DNA from: a virus
Taxonomy: Duplodnaviria; Caudoviricetes
Reading direction: 5' to 3' (one strand)
Length of the DNA: 64,000 nt
IMG/VR virus record: IMGVR_UViG_3300045110_000158
Location: 644 to 64,643 of that record
The notes under the pieces: model-generated
The model's database searches: none
The model's input: only the letters and a program-made list of their open reading frames with translations
Told to the model about the DNA's origin: nothing
Translations under genes and position numbers: made by a program
Part shown: positions 54,305-64,000 of the stretch, piece by piece
Layout: every line of letters begins with the position of its first letter
How positions within the stretch are numbered: the first letter of the stretch is position 1

Positions 54305-54682
54305 ATGAGCATGTGGCAGAGCGGTACCTTCTACATCGGCGAAACCTGGGTCATCTCCGGCTACGTCCGGGACGCTAACGGCAATATCGAAGACCTCACC
54401 GGAGCCACCATACAATTGCGCGTCACACTGGGCAATTCGGTGATCTTCGACCTGACGACGCCGGCCGATGGTGCGATCCTCCAACCTCCCACCGCGGGCG
54501 CCTACCTGTTCGAGATCACCCCGGACCAGCAGGCAGGGTTGGCCCTAACCACTTACCGGTACGAGGCCCGGGCCATCCTTGCCGATGGCTCCATCAGCGT
54601 CCAGAACATCGGTGAAATCACCGTCATCCCCTCCAAGTTTGTGAACTTCCCAGTTCCGCCTAGCATTGTCCTGGTAGCCTAA
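54305..54682 (+). CDS. BppU-N/Ig-like structural-type protein, antisense to the late operon
   Basis: GET..I...V.D..G...DLTGAT....G....IT..Q...L....YRYE pattern. Confidence 0.6.
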   Translation: MSMWQSGTFYIGETWVISGYVRDANGNIEDLTGATIQLRVTLGNSVIFDLTTPADGAILQPPTAGAYLFEITPDQQAGLALTTYRYEARAILADGSISVQNIGEITVIPSKFVNFPVPPSIVLVA

Positions 54683-55659
54683 GCGACAGCTTCACCGGCA
54701 GCCAGAATCTCGTCGATCTCCAGGAACAGCGCCTCGGCCTCGGCTTTGATCTCGACATCCATGCGGCCGATCGGACCCCAGTGCTTGCGCAGATTGCGGA
54801 TGCCGACAGCCGCGCTCTCGACCGCGAAGGCCGGGCAGACCTTGGTCAGCTCCTGGAACTGCGCACCCGCGCCGCTGCCGTAGTTGTCCCAATCGTCCTC
54901 GCCGCAGCTCACGTCCTGCTCAAATGCCGCCAGCTGGCACTGCGGCTCAGGCTGCTCCAGCGCATGAAGATACTCGTCAAACAACGTCTCAGCGTCGATC
55001 GCGCAGACGCGGTAATTCCAGCTGGTCTGGAACAGCCCGGCCTCGCAGGTGTCACTTTCATAGTTCGTGGCGCTTTGATCCCGCCCACAGCAATGCTCGC
55101 CGGAGCTTTCCCGCATCCCGAGCCCGAGCAGGAACACGAACACATGGCGCAGCGTATTGCGACTGGTGACGTTGTTGCTCATGCCGAGCTTCTGGAACTG
55201 ACTACGGTAGAGCGCCAGCGCATCGTGATCGCTGTCGCCGGTCTCGGCCTTGGCGATCTCGTGCGCCGTCATATCGCCGCGCTGGAACTTGCGAACGCAC
55301 GTAGCGTAGGCCAGCGCCATGCCCTTGACGTACCCCTCGGGCGCCACACCACGATCGTCCCAGAGTAGATCGGAAACGTCGCTCCCAACTGCGGCCATCT
55401 CGATCTCGTGGATGACCGCCTGTGGTAGTGGCTTGAGCATCGGCGTCGGATAGGGCGGCAGATCGTAAACCTCTTCGAGCTTGGCCCACGTTTCAGAACC
55501 GATCATACCGTCGTTGTCGAGATTGTGGTCGTCCTGGAACTTCCTCACCGCCTTCTCGGTCTCGGGGCCGAACGAGCCATCCACCTCGCACAGCAGGCAC
55601 TCCTGTACGAGGCGCACCAGCGAGCCGTAGTCGCCATCACCAATCGTAGGTCGGTCCAT
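54679..55659 (-). CDS. Peptidoglycan-binding domain plus lysozyme-like lysin
   Basis: DGSFGPETEKAVRKFQ...DGMIG.ETW PG-binding domain; MRESSG...EAGLFQTSW catalytic-like motifs. Confidence 0.7.
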   Translation of the reverse strand: MDRPTIGDGDYGSLVRLVQECLLCEVDGSFGPETEKAVRKFQDDHNLDNDGMIGSETWAKLEEVYDLPPYPTPMLKPLPQAVIHEIEMAAVGSDVSDLLWDDRGVAPEGYVKGMALAYATCVRKFQRGDMTAHEIAKAETGDSDHDALALYRSQFQKLGMSNNVTSRNTLRHVFVFLLGLGMRESSGEHCCGRDQSATNYESDTCEAGLFQTSWNYRVCAIDAETLFDEYLHALEQPEPQCQLAAFEQDVSCGEDDWDNYGSGAGAQFQELTKVCPAFAVESAAVGIRNLRKHWGPIGRMDVEIKAEAEALFLEIDEILAAGEAVA

Positions 55660-55662
55660 CGT

Positions 55663-56766
55663 TTATGGTCTCCCGTTCGGAAACCCCGAGCCACGGATGA
55701 TCGTGACGTCGAGGTGATCGCCGATCGCCGCCGACTGCGTCGGCGAGCCTCCATTCTGCAGTGCAGCAATGTACTGGTTCAGCCCATCCTGCCGGCGGTA
55801 CATCGCTGCAGCACTGACCGCATCCGGGAAAACGTACTTGGTCTCCGTCATGTTGGCCGTCTTGCCGCCGTCTAACCCGATACAGACGCCCTTGGTCGTC
55901 ATGAACATGATCGCCGACTCGACCGGCGTCGTTGCTATAAGCGGCACCTGAGGCGGATTTCCAAGCTCACCAGGGATGTACACCATGGAGCCAGGGATCA
56001 CCTCCGAGTCCATGGCCCACACACGCTTCATCTCGGCGAAGGTCGGCCCGGTCAGGAACCACAACCCCTCTTTCGTCCCGACGTAGATGCCGTCAGTCAC
56101 CGTCCCAAGCATGGTGATGTCGGCCTCGAACAGCTTGTACCCGGACGTCGCGTCGACGTAGTTGTAGAGAAAAAGCTCAGTCGCCCACAACGTACGGCCT
56201 TGGCCAAGATAGAGTCTACCATTGTAGTAGGTGATGCAGGTCGCGTGCGGTGGCTGCTTCAGAAGCCGCCCGGCGATCGGTGGTAGCGTCTCTGTCGGGT
56301 TGACCACCGGTGAGAGCCAGAGGTCATCCGGATCGCCCCATGGGCCCCAGCTGCGCCCAGGGATGCTCACCAGGCCACGGTCGATTTCACCCACGTAATA
56401 GACCAGATCGCCCACCTGGGCATACGCCAGCGGCAGCATGCCGGCGGCCGGGTCCGTGCCGATGAACGCCAGCGGCTGGTGAGAGTAATCCGGGTTGATG
56501 ACACTCAGCTCACTGTCGACCACCCCCAGGACAGTCCCTTGAAACGCCGTAAACAACGAGTGCACATTGCCACGGAGCTTCAACGTGTAGCCGCGCCGCC
56601 GGGATGGCTGCCCGGTATCATCCAAGACGACATTCCTGGCTCGGACTAAATCTTTGGGGTCCAGCCGTTCTGGTTGCAGCGTGTTCTTGAGTCCGGTCCA
56701 GCTGTTCAGGACCTTGCCAACCTCGGCAATCTGGGCACCGGCTTGTGGGTCAGGTTTTGCCATCAC
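55663..56766 (-). CDS. Tail/nozzle-like virion protein
   Basis: W.GL.N...NV.LD..G...RRRGY start; beta-propeller-like pattern. Confidence 0.55.
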   Translation of the reverse strand: MMAKPDPQAGAQIAEVGKVLNSWTGLKNTLQPERLDPKDLVRARNVVLDDTGQPSRRRGYTLKLRGNVHSLFTAFQGTVLGVVDSELSVINPDYSHQPLAFIGTDPAAGMLPLAYAQVGDLVYYVGEIDRGLVSIPGRSWGPWGDPDDLWLSPVVNPTETLPPIAGRLLKQPPHATCITYYNGRLYLGQGRTLWATELFLYNYVDATSGYKLFEADITMLGTVTDGIYVGTKEGLWFLTGPTFAEMKRVWAMDSEVIPGSMVYIPGELGNPPQVPLIATTPVESAIMFMTTKGVCIGLDGGKTANMTETKYVFPDAVSAAAMYRRQDGLNQYIAALQNGGSPTQSAAIGDHLDVTIIRGSGFPNGRP

Positions 56767-59700
56767 TGCACCGGTATGTTGCCGTACTGAAGCATCCCGC
56801 GACCAGCGATATCCCGCGGCTGTACTCCAATCGGTAGACCTGTCGATCGCGCCTGCGCGAGCTGCTGCTGGTGCAATTGAAGCGATCGTATGAAGCTAGC
56901 CTGCGGCGGCAGCATGCCAGGATGCTCTACCTGCCACCGTTGCGCTTCAGCCATCCAGGTGTCGAACGACCCTTGGTCACCTTGCGCCACCGCCTGCCTT
57001 AGATGCTGGCTGATGTTCGCCGAACTCGCCTGGCGCATGGCGCGCAGTCCAGATTCTTCCCGAGCCACCTCCTGGTACTCAGCCTGCTTCTGCGGCTTGA
57101 GACCCATCGCGGTCAGCGCGTAGTCGAGAGCACTCGGGCTCATCGGCAGCTTCTGCCCTTGATTGTCGACAAACCCATCACGACCAAGCCTGTAAGCTTT
57201 CATCGGTCCGCTAATCAGTCCAGGCATCATCCGGCCCAAGCCTTCGAGGTAGTCACCATTCAAGATATCCCCTGCCGCTTTGACCATCTGAAACCCTTGG
57301 TCAATTGCCGGACCAACCATAGACTTAGCCCAGTCCTTCTCCACATCTTCCCACTTACGCTTCTCGGTGAAGATTTTCAGACTTGCTGTACCGGGTATGA
57401 TCTCTCCTTCACCCCAATTCGCAAAGTCCACCCCTGCTGCACGCGGCAACCCACGAGCGATGATCTCGCCCATGTCCTTGCCAAACAGGTTCGACAGGAA
57501 ACCGCGATACGACGCCGTTATGTCGTGATCATCGCGGCCCGTAACCGAGTTCATGAACTTGTCGTAGACTGAAGCCATTACCGACACTGCCGGCAGCCCC
57601 AACGTGCCAGCCAACATCGTCGTTGCTGCCACATGACCACCCAGCCACGTAAGAGCATCTTTTCGCGCCTGCGGGTCGCCTTTGAATACGTCGTACACCT
57701 CATGGTAAAGCTTGTTGGCCAGATTGATATTCCACGTCTGGAATTGCATGGTCATCGGCGTGTAAGAACCAAGGAAACCACTTCTACCCATCTGCCGTGC
57801 GCCAAGAGCCGCACTGTAGTAGCCCTGGCTGTCGCCAATCGCGCGGTCGATAAATTGTTCTCTCGACAGTGTGGGGTGGCCTTTTGCCGTGTAAAGCTCA
57901 TCGGCAGCAAGGCCCATGATCACTCTAGGAGCAAGATCGGCATACGTGCCCAGCGTGTTCGCCGCTTTCAGCGCCGTACCAGTCAATGCTGGATGCTCGC
58001 TTACTGACGCAGTGTACGATCCCAACGACCCCCGTAGCTCCATCCCCATGATCGTATCGATTTGCGCTGGTGTGAGTGTACTTTTCTCTAGACCCTCGCG
58101 TGTGATCCCAGCCGTCAACCCGTCCGGACTTCGAACTGTTGCAGCAAGAGCCTTCATAGTCGGCGCCACTGCCCGCGTCATTGCCGCAAGCGCTGGACCG
58201 TAACCAGCAAGACCGGAGCCCTGCAGCTTGGCAAGCTCCGGAGCGCCAGTCATCGCCAGTTGGCTCAACTGCATCGGAACATACGCCGGGCTCATGCCGA
58301 TATGCAGGAAATTGGTAAACTGACGAAGTCCACTTTTCCAATCTTGAGGTACGTAAGTCTGCCTGAGCCGCTGCCCACGCATCAACTCGCCTACCGTATC
58401 CGCGAGACCCAGCTTTGTGTTCAGATCAACATCAGGATTGCTGTTGGCATTCTCGACATCTTTCAGCATGCCGGCTTCCGCTGCGCTGACCTCATGCGCC
58501 AGCGATCGACGAGCAAGACTGAACGCTGAGACGTCTGCTGCGTATCCCTGACTTTTCAGCATGTCCTTGCTGAAACCCTGCACATTCTGCCGATGCGCCA
58601 TCAACCTGTTCATTGATGTCTCAGGCGTCATGCTCAAAAGCGTACGCTGTAAATCCTGCACCGCCGCATAATGCGCCTTGTCCAACTCAGGTTGCAGACT
58701 CGCATCTGCTCCTGCAGGAGCTACCGGGCGGTTTGCTCGCAACCGCTCGATGACATCCTGCGTCGCTTGCGAGGCAACTCTGTTAAAAATATGCGGGTCA
58801 AATATCTTGCCGCTCGCTAACCCCTCTGCCGACAGCAGCCCAGCTTTCTGCGCCTCCTGCATTACTTTCTCTAACGCACCCAACTGGGCAGGAGTCTCCA
58901 CCCGCGTATAGAACGTACCATGCTGGTTGCCCTGCATGATCGCTACATCGTTGATGCCGTTCTTTTGCAAATGATCGTAAAACTTGGAAAGCACATCCTG
59001 ATCGACTACTGGTTTGCCGGGCTTCCCGGTTTCCTCGTCTATCGCGCCCGGCTGCGTAACCAGCTTACCGGTAGCGAAGAAATCCCCCTTGCGCCCGAGA
59101 TGGAAATACGGCTCCTTGAGCATTCTCTTTTGTTCGGCTTCTGCCAACTTGATCGCTTCACCAAGCCGACCAATCTGGGATTCCAACTTGGCTTGCTGAT
59201 CTACAAGCTCCTTTGGGTAATCTTTTTTGAACTCTATCTCAGAAAGCTGTGTATCTATCGCAGCCTTCTGAGTAGTCAGTTGTTTGTTGAATTCCTTGTT
59301 AGCTGCGATCCTATCGTTCAATTCCTTCTGCCAGAATTTTTCGCCCTCTTTCGGCTGGTTGGTCAGATCACTACGACCATCGAACTTCCTGAACGCATCA
59401 TCCGTTGCTAACCCAACAGCGCGCTCTGATGCCTGCAGATTATGCACGGCGGTCATCTGTCCCAGCATCGACATGGTCGAGCGCCACGTATTGTACGCCT
59501 CTTGAACACCAGGAATTTTGCCAGCCTGGTTCCACAAATCTTTGACAGCCTGGAATTGCCGCACCCGTGTCGGGTCATCTTTGATGTCGTCAATGTAATC
59601 AGCAATTCCACGATCTGGGTGGAACCCGTAGGATGTCGACGCCGCCATGGTCTGCTTCAAAAGCTCTTTCCCCTCCGCAGGAAGTGCCCTGGATTGCTGG

Positions 59701-62700
59701 TCGGCAACTATAGCCGCTTTCCCAATCTGCTTTTTTCGAGGGTCCTCTGCATGCAGCGAATCAACGTACTCCTGTATATTTTCAGAAAGCTTATTGTACT
59801 CCGGGTTTCTGGCGAGCCACTCACCAGGACTCCAACCTTTCGCCGTACGCAGCCATGACCTGACGTTAAGTGAGCCGTTAAAAAGCTTCTCACTTAGCGA
59901 CCTGTCAGCTGCATCAGCAGCAGCTGCTGCAGTGCCTGTTCCTTTGTTCGCCACACGGGCGTAGCTGTCAGGTCCTAGCCACTCATTTGGATACTCTCTC
60001 TGCTCCTTCATCAGATCGTCACCATACGACATGATGCGATCGAAAGCGTTGTACAGCCTAGGGTCCAAGCCGATAAAACCTCGCACCGTATCGACGATCC
60101 GATCCCAGAGGCTGGTACCCTTCACCATCTGGGACTTCAGGAAATCACGATAAGTCGGATTAGCCATCGCCTCCGACAGCATTTCATGCGCGTCGGTTAT
60201 GCCGGCATGATCCCCTTTGTCTTTGAGTTGATCGTAGATGCCTCGCATGACTTTTGCTGCGGGACTGTCACCTTCCAAGGCCCGATGCATTACCGCGTGC
60301 ACCATCTCGTGGACGGAGGTCACCGCAGCGTTCGCCGCATTGTAGAGCGCTGAGGTCTTCTGCTTGGTGAAGTACTCGCCTTCTTTATCGGTGACCCCAT
60401 CCCGGAAAACTGTCTTCGCATCCTCAGGCAAGAATGGCTTGAGCTTCGCTACAATCTCGGCAGTCTCCGGATCGGGAGTGTGTTCGATAATATGATCGGC
60501 AACATCGGTAAGCGGGACACCACGCTGGTGCAGGTCCGTCACATCGGCATCGAGCTGCGTCACCGGCAGACCATCACGTGAGGCGATCACTCGCGCGCGT
60601 GAGTCACTCTGAGCCCGCACCTCCTGCAGCACCTTCTCTTGGGCACCCAGGTACTCGCTGATCTTAGCCTGCATCGGCTTGCTGATTTGTGTCAGACCTC
60701 CAAGATTATCCGCCTCGATATCGGCCTCAGGGTTGGCCGCCAAAGCTTCACGTAGCGCTTCCGGGCTGTCCGCTTTCCGGATATTAGCCAGCCATTGCTC
60801 GTGTTGATCAAGTGCAGCAACTGCGTCCTCACGGCCTCCCAACGCTTTGCGCAAGCTACTCAATGCCCGTTGTGCAACCGACAGTCTAGCATCGAGATCA
60901 CCTGTTGGTGCAGGCTTCGCCTCAGCAGTAGGTGTCGGTGCCAAGTCTGGAGATGCCTCAGCCTCAGCAGGTCGTTGTGCAGCTGCCTCAACCTGGTTGC
61001 GCAGCCGCGTCAACCGGACATTGAGCGACAAAGCCAACCCAGGATTTTTCTCAACATTCGGCAGTAACTTCTCTAGCGTTTCAGCCTCATCAGCAGACTT
61101 GGTCTTGATCTCTGAATCAGGAAGCGCATCGATATGAGCCGCGATCCCATTAAGCGCAGCTACACGATCTTCTGCGCTACTGATCGGAGTAGCAGTAGCT
61201 GGGGGCGGCGGAGGTTTAGTCCTGGTCTCATCCAGCATCTGTCTTAAATTGTCTAAAGCCTCCGTAGCCTTGGCAGACTGTTGCTCTCGTTGCGCCGCCC
61301 GCTCCGGTGTTTCCCATGTCGGAGGAACCAAGGGTTCAGTCACTGGTGTGGCCGGAGCCTCTGGCGCTACACCGGGCGGCGTTTCAGGTGGCCGCTCCAA
61401 AACTGCCTTCTCTACTTCATCCCAGATATCAAGCCTGTCAGCCCATTTCGCCTGCAGCTTTGTCGGGTCTTTACCTTCTTTTGCCCGGCTAGCAATCTCG
61501 TCGATCAACGGCTGACGCATCGTTGCCTTGGCTTCAGGTGTTGCTGCGTCATACAGTTCTTTACCTGCTTTGATCGCACCCTTGGTGAAATCCAATACAG
61601 GAGGAGGTGCCGCAGGAGCTGCAGGTTCAGCTGCCGCAGGCTCAGCTGCCGCAGCTGCCGCAGCTGCCGCAGGCTCAGCTGCCGCAGCAGGTTCGGCCTT
61701 CGCGGTCTCTTCCATTCGCCGCGAGAATTCCTGCCCCAACAACTCATTAGCTCGTAACGCTCTGGGGTCTTCCGGGTTAGTAGCCAACCACTGTTGCACA
61801 TAGTGAAGCCGACCCATCAGATCGGTGGCACCCATATCCTGCAGCGATGCCCCTTCTTGGATAATCCCTGGTGGCGACCCTGATTTAGGCGAAGGTGGGG
61901 GTAGCTGTTTTGGTTGCTGTCCCAACGCCTCTGTTGCCGCAGCAGCTGCTTCAGCTTCTTCAGCCGCACGCCGCTGTTGCTCCTGCACAAGCTGCCGAAG
62001 TTCTTCGGCTTCTGCCTGTGTCCGCGGTGGCTTCAGAACATCTATACGTCCAGCTATCTCACCAGCCGGTATTTCATTTACCGGCCCTCGCATTTCGAGC
62101 GGGACAACACCGGGCTGGTACTCTATCTGCCTAGGCAGTTCAGGTATCGCAGGTGCCGGTTCCATCTCCGCCGATCGTCGCGTGAACTCCTGCCCCAATA
62201 ACCGGGAAGCATCCAACGCATCAGCGTCTTGCGGATCAATCTTTAGAGACTCTTGCACCTTGCTAAATCGCTGCCACAACTCTGTCGGCGATAGTTCCTG
62301 CAGCGGCGGACCCCCAGCAACCGGCTCTCCTGGTACCGGTCGCTCTGACAATGGCGTCGACACTGTACGCGGCGCCGGTAACTGCCGCTCAGGAGGAATG
62401 AGCGCCTGGTCAGTACTCTTAGTTAGGTCCTCATCAGTTACGTGCGCCGCTGGCTTTCCAGTAAGCGCACGCATACCGCCAAACGCACCACCAATGATTC
62501 CACCAAGCGCCGCACCGCTCAAAGCCGAGTGCACAACAGCACCTGCCCGATCCGCAAATCCGCGATTCGGATCACCCATGAACTGGGTCAGTGCTTCAGT
62601 TCCACCACCAGCAATGCCTTGCGCTGCTGCAGAATGCGCAACTCCCGATAAAATCCCCTCCTTAAAGAACGATGGCAACTTCCCGGGCAACACTCCCTGC

Positions 62701-63305
62701 AAAGCTGCTTCCGGTATTCCAAGCAACGCAGCCCTGCCTGGATGCTTAAGCTCGCCAGTTTCACCGATCTCCCGCTCGACGTTTGCACCAGTCACAAACG
62801 GATACGTTGCTGCTGAAGCACCTAGCAGACGAGGCAAAACCGAAGGTGCCACTCTAGCAGCTAAAGCTGCAGCCCCTGCTCCAGCTGCCCCGACTGCAGC
62901 CTCTGGAGCCAATGCTGCTCCAATCGCGCTTCCACCAAGAGCTGTGACCCCCATCGGCACCATGCGCGCAATGTTGTAGGCAATCCCGGTGGGCGACCAA
63001 GGACTAGCTTCCAAATCCGGGCGCGCATACGACTGCTCATCACGGTGGCGCTCTTCAGCAAATTCAGCAAGGGATTTGGCCATATCAGACGCGCCAGCCA
63101 TCTGAGCCCCAGCTTGAAGTGCGCGTGCTCCTTCCTTGAGCGCTCCATGAAAGCCAGACATGATACCGGAGGTGAACCAGTCACCGGTGCCAGTCGCAGG
63201 AACCTCGGCCGGCAGCGTTCGCGTCGGCAACGCCGACGTACCTGGCTCAGACGGCGGCAGGTAGCTGTCAAACCGCGGAGTATAACTGTCAAACCACCCA
63301 GCCAT
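56763..63305 (-). CDS. Large internal virion/ejection protein (2180 aa)
   Basis: Helical and Ala-rich; zincin-like VHEMVH...HEMLSEA; no RNA polymerase motifs recognised. Confidence 0.7.
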   Translation of the reverse strand: MAGWFDSYTPRFDSYLPPSEPGTSALPTRTLPAEVPATGTGDWFTSGIMSGFHGALKEGARALQAGAQMAGASDMAKSLAEFAEERHRDEQSYARPDLEASPWSPTGIAYNIARMVPMGVTALGGSAIGAALAPEAAVGAAGAGAAALAARVAPSVLPRLLGASAATYPFVTGANVEREIGETGELKHPGRAALLGIPEAALQGVLPGKLPSFFKEGILSGVAHSAAAQGIAGGGTEALTQFMGDPNRGFADRAGAVVHSALSGAALGGIIGGAFGGMRALTGKPAAHVTDEDLTKSTDQALIPPERQLPAPRTVSTPLSERPVPGEPVAGGPPLQELSPTELWQRFSKVQESLKIDPQDADALDASRLLGQEFTRRSAEMEPAPAIPELPRQIEYQPGVVPLEMRGPVNEIPAGEIAGRIDVLKPPRTQAEAEELRQLVQEQQRRAAEEAEAAAAATEALGQQPKQLPPPSPKSGSPPGIIQEGASLQDMGATDLMGRLHYVQQWLATNPEDPRALRANELLGQEFSRRMEETAKAEPAAAAEPAAAAAAAAAEPAAAEPAAPAAPPPVLDFTKGAIKAGKELYDAATPEAKATMRQPLIDEIASRAKEGKDPTKLQAKWADRLDIWDEVEKAVLERPPETPPGVAPEAPATPVTEPLVPPTWETPERAAQREQQSAKATEALDNLRQMLDETRTKPPPPPATATPISSAEDRVAALNGIAAHIDALPDSEIKTKSADEAETLEKLLPNVEKNPGLALSLNVRLTRLRNQVEAAAQRPAEAEASPDLAPTPTAEAKPAPTGDLDARLSVAQRALSSLRKALGGREDAVAALDQHEQWLANIRKADSPEALREALAANPEADIEADNLGGLTQISKPMQAKISEYLGAQEKVLQEVRAQSDSRARVIASRDGLPVTQLDADVTDLHQRGVPLTDVADHIIEHTPDPETAEIVAKLKPFLPEDAKTVFRDGVTDKEGEYFTKQKTSALYNAANAAVTSVHEMVHAVMHRALEGDSPAAKVMRGIYDQLKDKGDHAGITDAHEMLSEAMANPTYRDFLKSQMVKGTSLWDRIVDTVRGFIGLDPRLYNAFDRIMSYGDDLMKEQREYPNEWLGPDSYARVANKGTGTAAAAADAADRSLSEKLFNGSLNVRSWLRTAKGWSPGEWLARNPEYNKLSENIQEYVDSLHAEDPRKKQIGKAAIVADQQSRALPAEGKELLKQTMAASTSYGFHPDRGIADYIDDIKDDPTRVRQFQAVKDLWNQAGKIPGVQEAYNTWRSTMSMLGQMTAVHNLQASERAVGLATDDAFRKFDGRSDLTNQPKEGEKFWQKELNDRIAANKEFNKQLTTQKAAIDTQLSEIEFKKDYPKELVDQQAKLESQIGRLGEAIKLAEAEQKRMLKEPYFHLGRKGDFFATGKLVTQPGAIDEETGKPGKPVVDQDVLSKFYDHLQKNGINDVAIMQGNQHGTFYTRVETPAQLGALEKVMQEAQKAGLLSAEGLASGKIFDPHIFNRVASQATQDVIERLRANRPVAPAGADASLQPELDKAHYAAVQDLQRTLLSMTPETSMNRLMAHRQNVQGFSKDMLKSQGYAADVSAFSLARRSLAHEVSAAEAGMLKDVENANSNPDVDLNTKLGLADTVGELMRGQRLRQTYVPQDWKSGLRQFTNFLHIGMSPAYVPMQLSQLAMTGAPELAKLQGSGLAGYGPALAAMTRAVAPTMKALAATVRSPDGLTAGITREGLEKSTLTPAQIDTIMGMELRGSLGSYTASVSEHPALTGTALKAANTLGTYADLAPRVIMGLAADELYTAKGHPTLSREQFIDRAIGDSQGYYSAALGARQMGRSGFLGSYTPMTMQFQTWNINLANKLYHEVYDVFKGDPQARKDALTWLGGHVAATTMLAGTLGLPAVSVMASVYDKFMNSVTGRDDHDITASYRGFLSNLFGKDMGEIIARGLPRAAGVDFANWGEGEIIPGTASLKIFTEKRKWEDVEKDWAKSMVGPAIDQGFQMVKAAGDILNGDYLEGLGRMMPGLISGPMKAYRLGRDGFVDNQGQKLPMSPSALDYALTAMGLKPQKQAEYQEVAREESGLRAMRQASSANISQHLRQAVAQGDQGSFDTWMAEAQRWQVEHPGMLPPQASFIRSLQLHQQQLAQARSTGLPIGVQPRDIAGRGMLQYGNIPVQ

Positions 63306-63314
63306 CGTTCTTAC

Positions 63315-64000
63315 CTACTGCTGGCCCGGAACCACATATCCCTTATTAGTTATTCCAGCGAACGAACCCAACGCATCCATCGTGGCCTTCATCGCTTTGT
63401 CCCGCTCTGCTTTTGCTAGGTCGTAAGGATTCTGTCCCCACAACACATACTTATTGTGTATCGCAGGTTTGCCAGCTTTCGCTGCTTCTGCGTCTTGCGC
63501 CTCCATATCTTTAACCTTCTGATTAGCCTCAGCGTACGTATCATGCATTTTGTCAAAAAATATTGACGCTGCCTTCTCTTGTGGGGACACAACATGCCCA
63601 AGTTGATTTCCAAATAACTGCATGAAAGTTTCTGTCGGGACCTTGCTAAAGGTGTTGATGAACTGCTCCCTCGTGTATTTTTGAGGCGCGACAGCCTGAT
63701 GTGCTACGTCCGGGTGAACGTTAGCGTTAGTCGCTTTATCTACAGTCGCCTTATGTTCGTCTGCAGTTTCCACCTTTGGATTTGCTGCTGCTGCATTATG
63801 AACTGCTACCGCCTTCTCCATATCTGCGCGAAAATCTGGATGCTGAGCAACTGTCGCAAATTCAGCTGGGTTCTGTTCAGCTCTTGTCAACATACTAGGA
63901 TTGGTCCGAAGAGTGTGTTGCACCACCGGATCACCTAACACTTTAGCCGTAGCATCACGTTGCTGAAGCGCAGGCCAGTCAGTAGCTTGATTGCCAAAAA
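63315..64000 (-). CDS. Internal virion protein, 5' end outside the window
   Basis: Reading frame stays open to the window edge. Confidence 0.6.
   Translation of the reverse strand, partial: FGNQATDWPALQQRDATAKVLGDPVVQHTLRTNPSMLTRAEQNPAEFATVAQHPDFRADMEKAVAVHNAAAANPKVETADEHKATVDKATNANVHPDVAHQAVAPQKYTREQFINTFSKVPTETFMQLFGNQLGHVVSPQEKAASIFFDKMHDTYAEANQKVKDMEAQDAEAAKAGKPAIHNKYVLWGQNPYDLAKAERDKAMKATMDALGSFAGITNKGYVVPGQQ

Noticed and set aside
54281-54484. N-terminal extension of ORF 53729-54484
   Set aside because: A strong AGGAGG SD supports the start at 54280; the extension is antisense to the 54305 gene
56763-63305. N4-like virion RNA polymerase
   Set aside because: Much shorter than N4 vRNAP and no T7-type polymerase motifs recognised

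Overview
The window is most of a GC-rich tailed-phage genome with podovirus-like gene content; the host is probably a soil alphaproteobacterium (inference). Two minus-strand virion arms (1-14.1 kb and 41.7-64 kb) flank a plus-strand early/replication arm (14.4-41.7 kb). The left arm holds an N4-gp56-type major capsid protein, scaffold, portal, terminase and a collagen fibre. The right arm holds ejection/tail proteins, a SPRY-domain fibre, a lysin and a 2180-aa internal virion protein. The early arm encodes an amidase, HAD hydrolase, two Acb2/Tad1-like sponge candidates, a Cro-like repressor, a MoxR-like AAA+/VWA-peptidase module, family A DNA polymerase, 3'-5' exonuclease, MT-A70 methyltransferase, PD-(D/E)XK nucleases, SNF2-like helicase, SSB-like protein and a primase-DUF927 fusion. 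I saw no integrase, RNA polymerase, reverse transcriptase, tRNA or CRISPR array. The most striking unexplained signal is a 21-bp palindrome, GGTGTTACAT-N-ATGTAACACC, in about 10 copies confined to the early arm. Most copies sit at gene junctions, three lie 24-25 nt before start codons, and two bracket an iteron/IHF-like AT-rich region. A start-associated ACTGAA motif and two structured intergenic RNA candidates accompany it. All family assignments come from motif recognition; no database searches were run.
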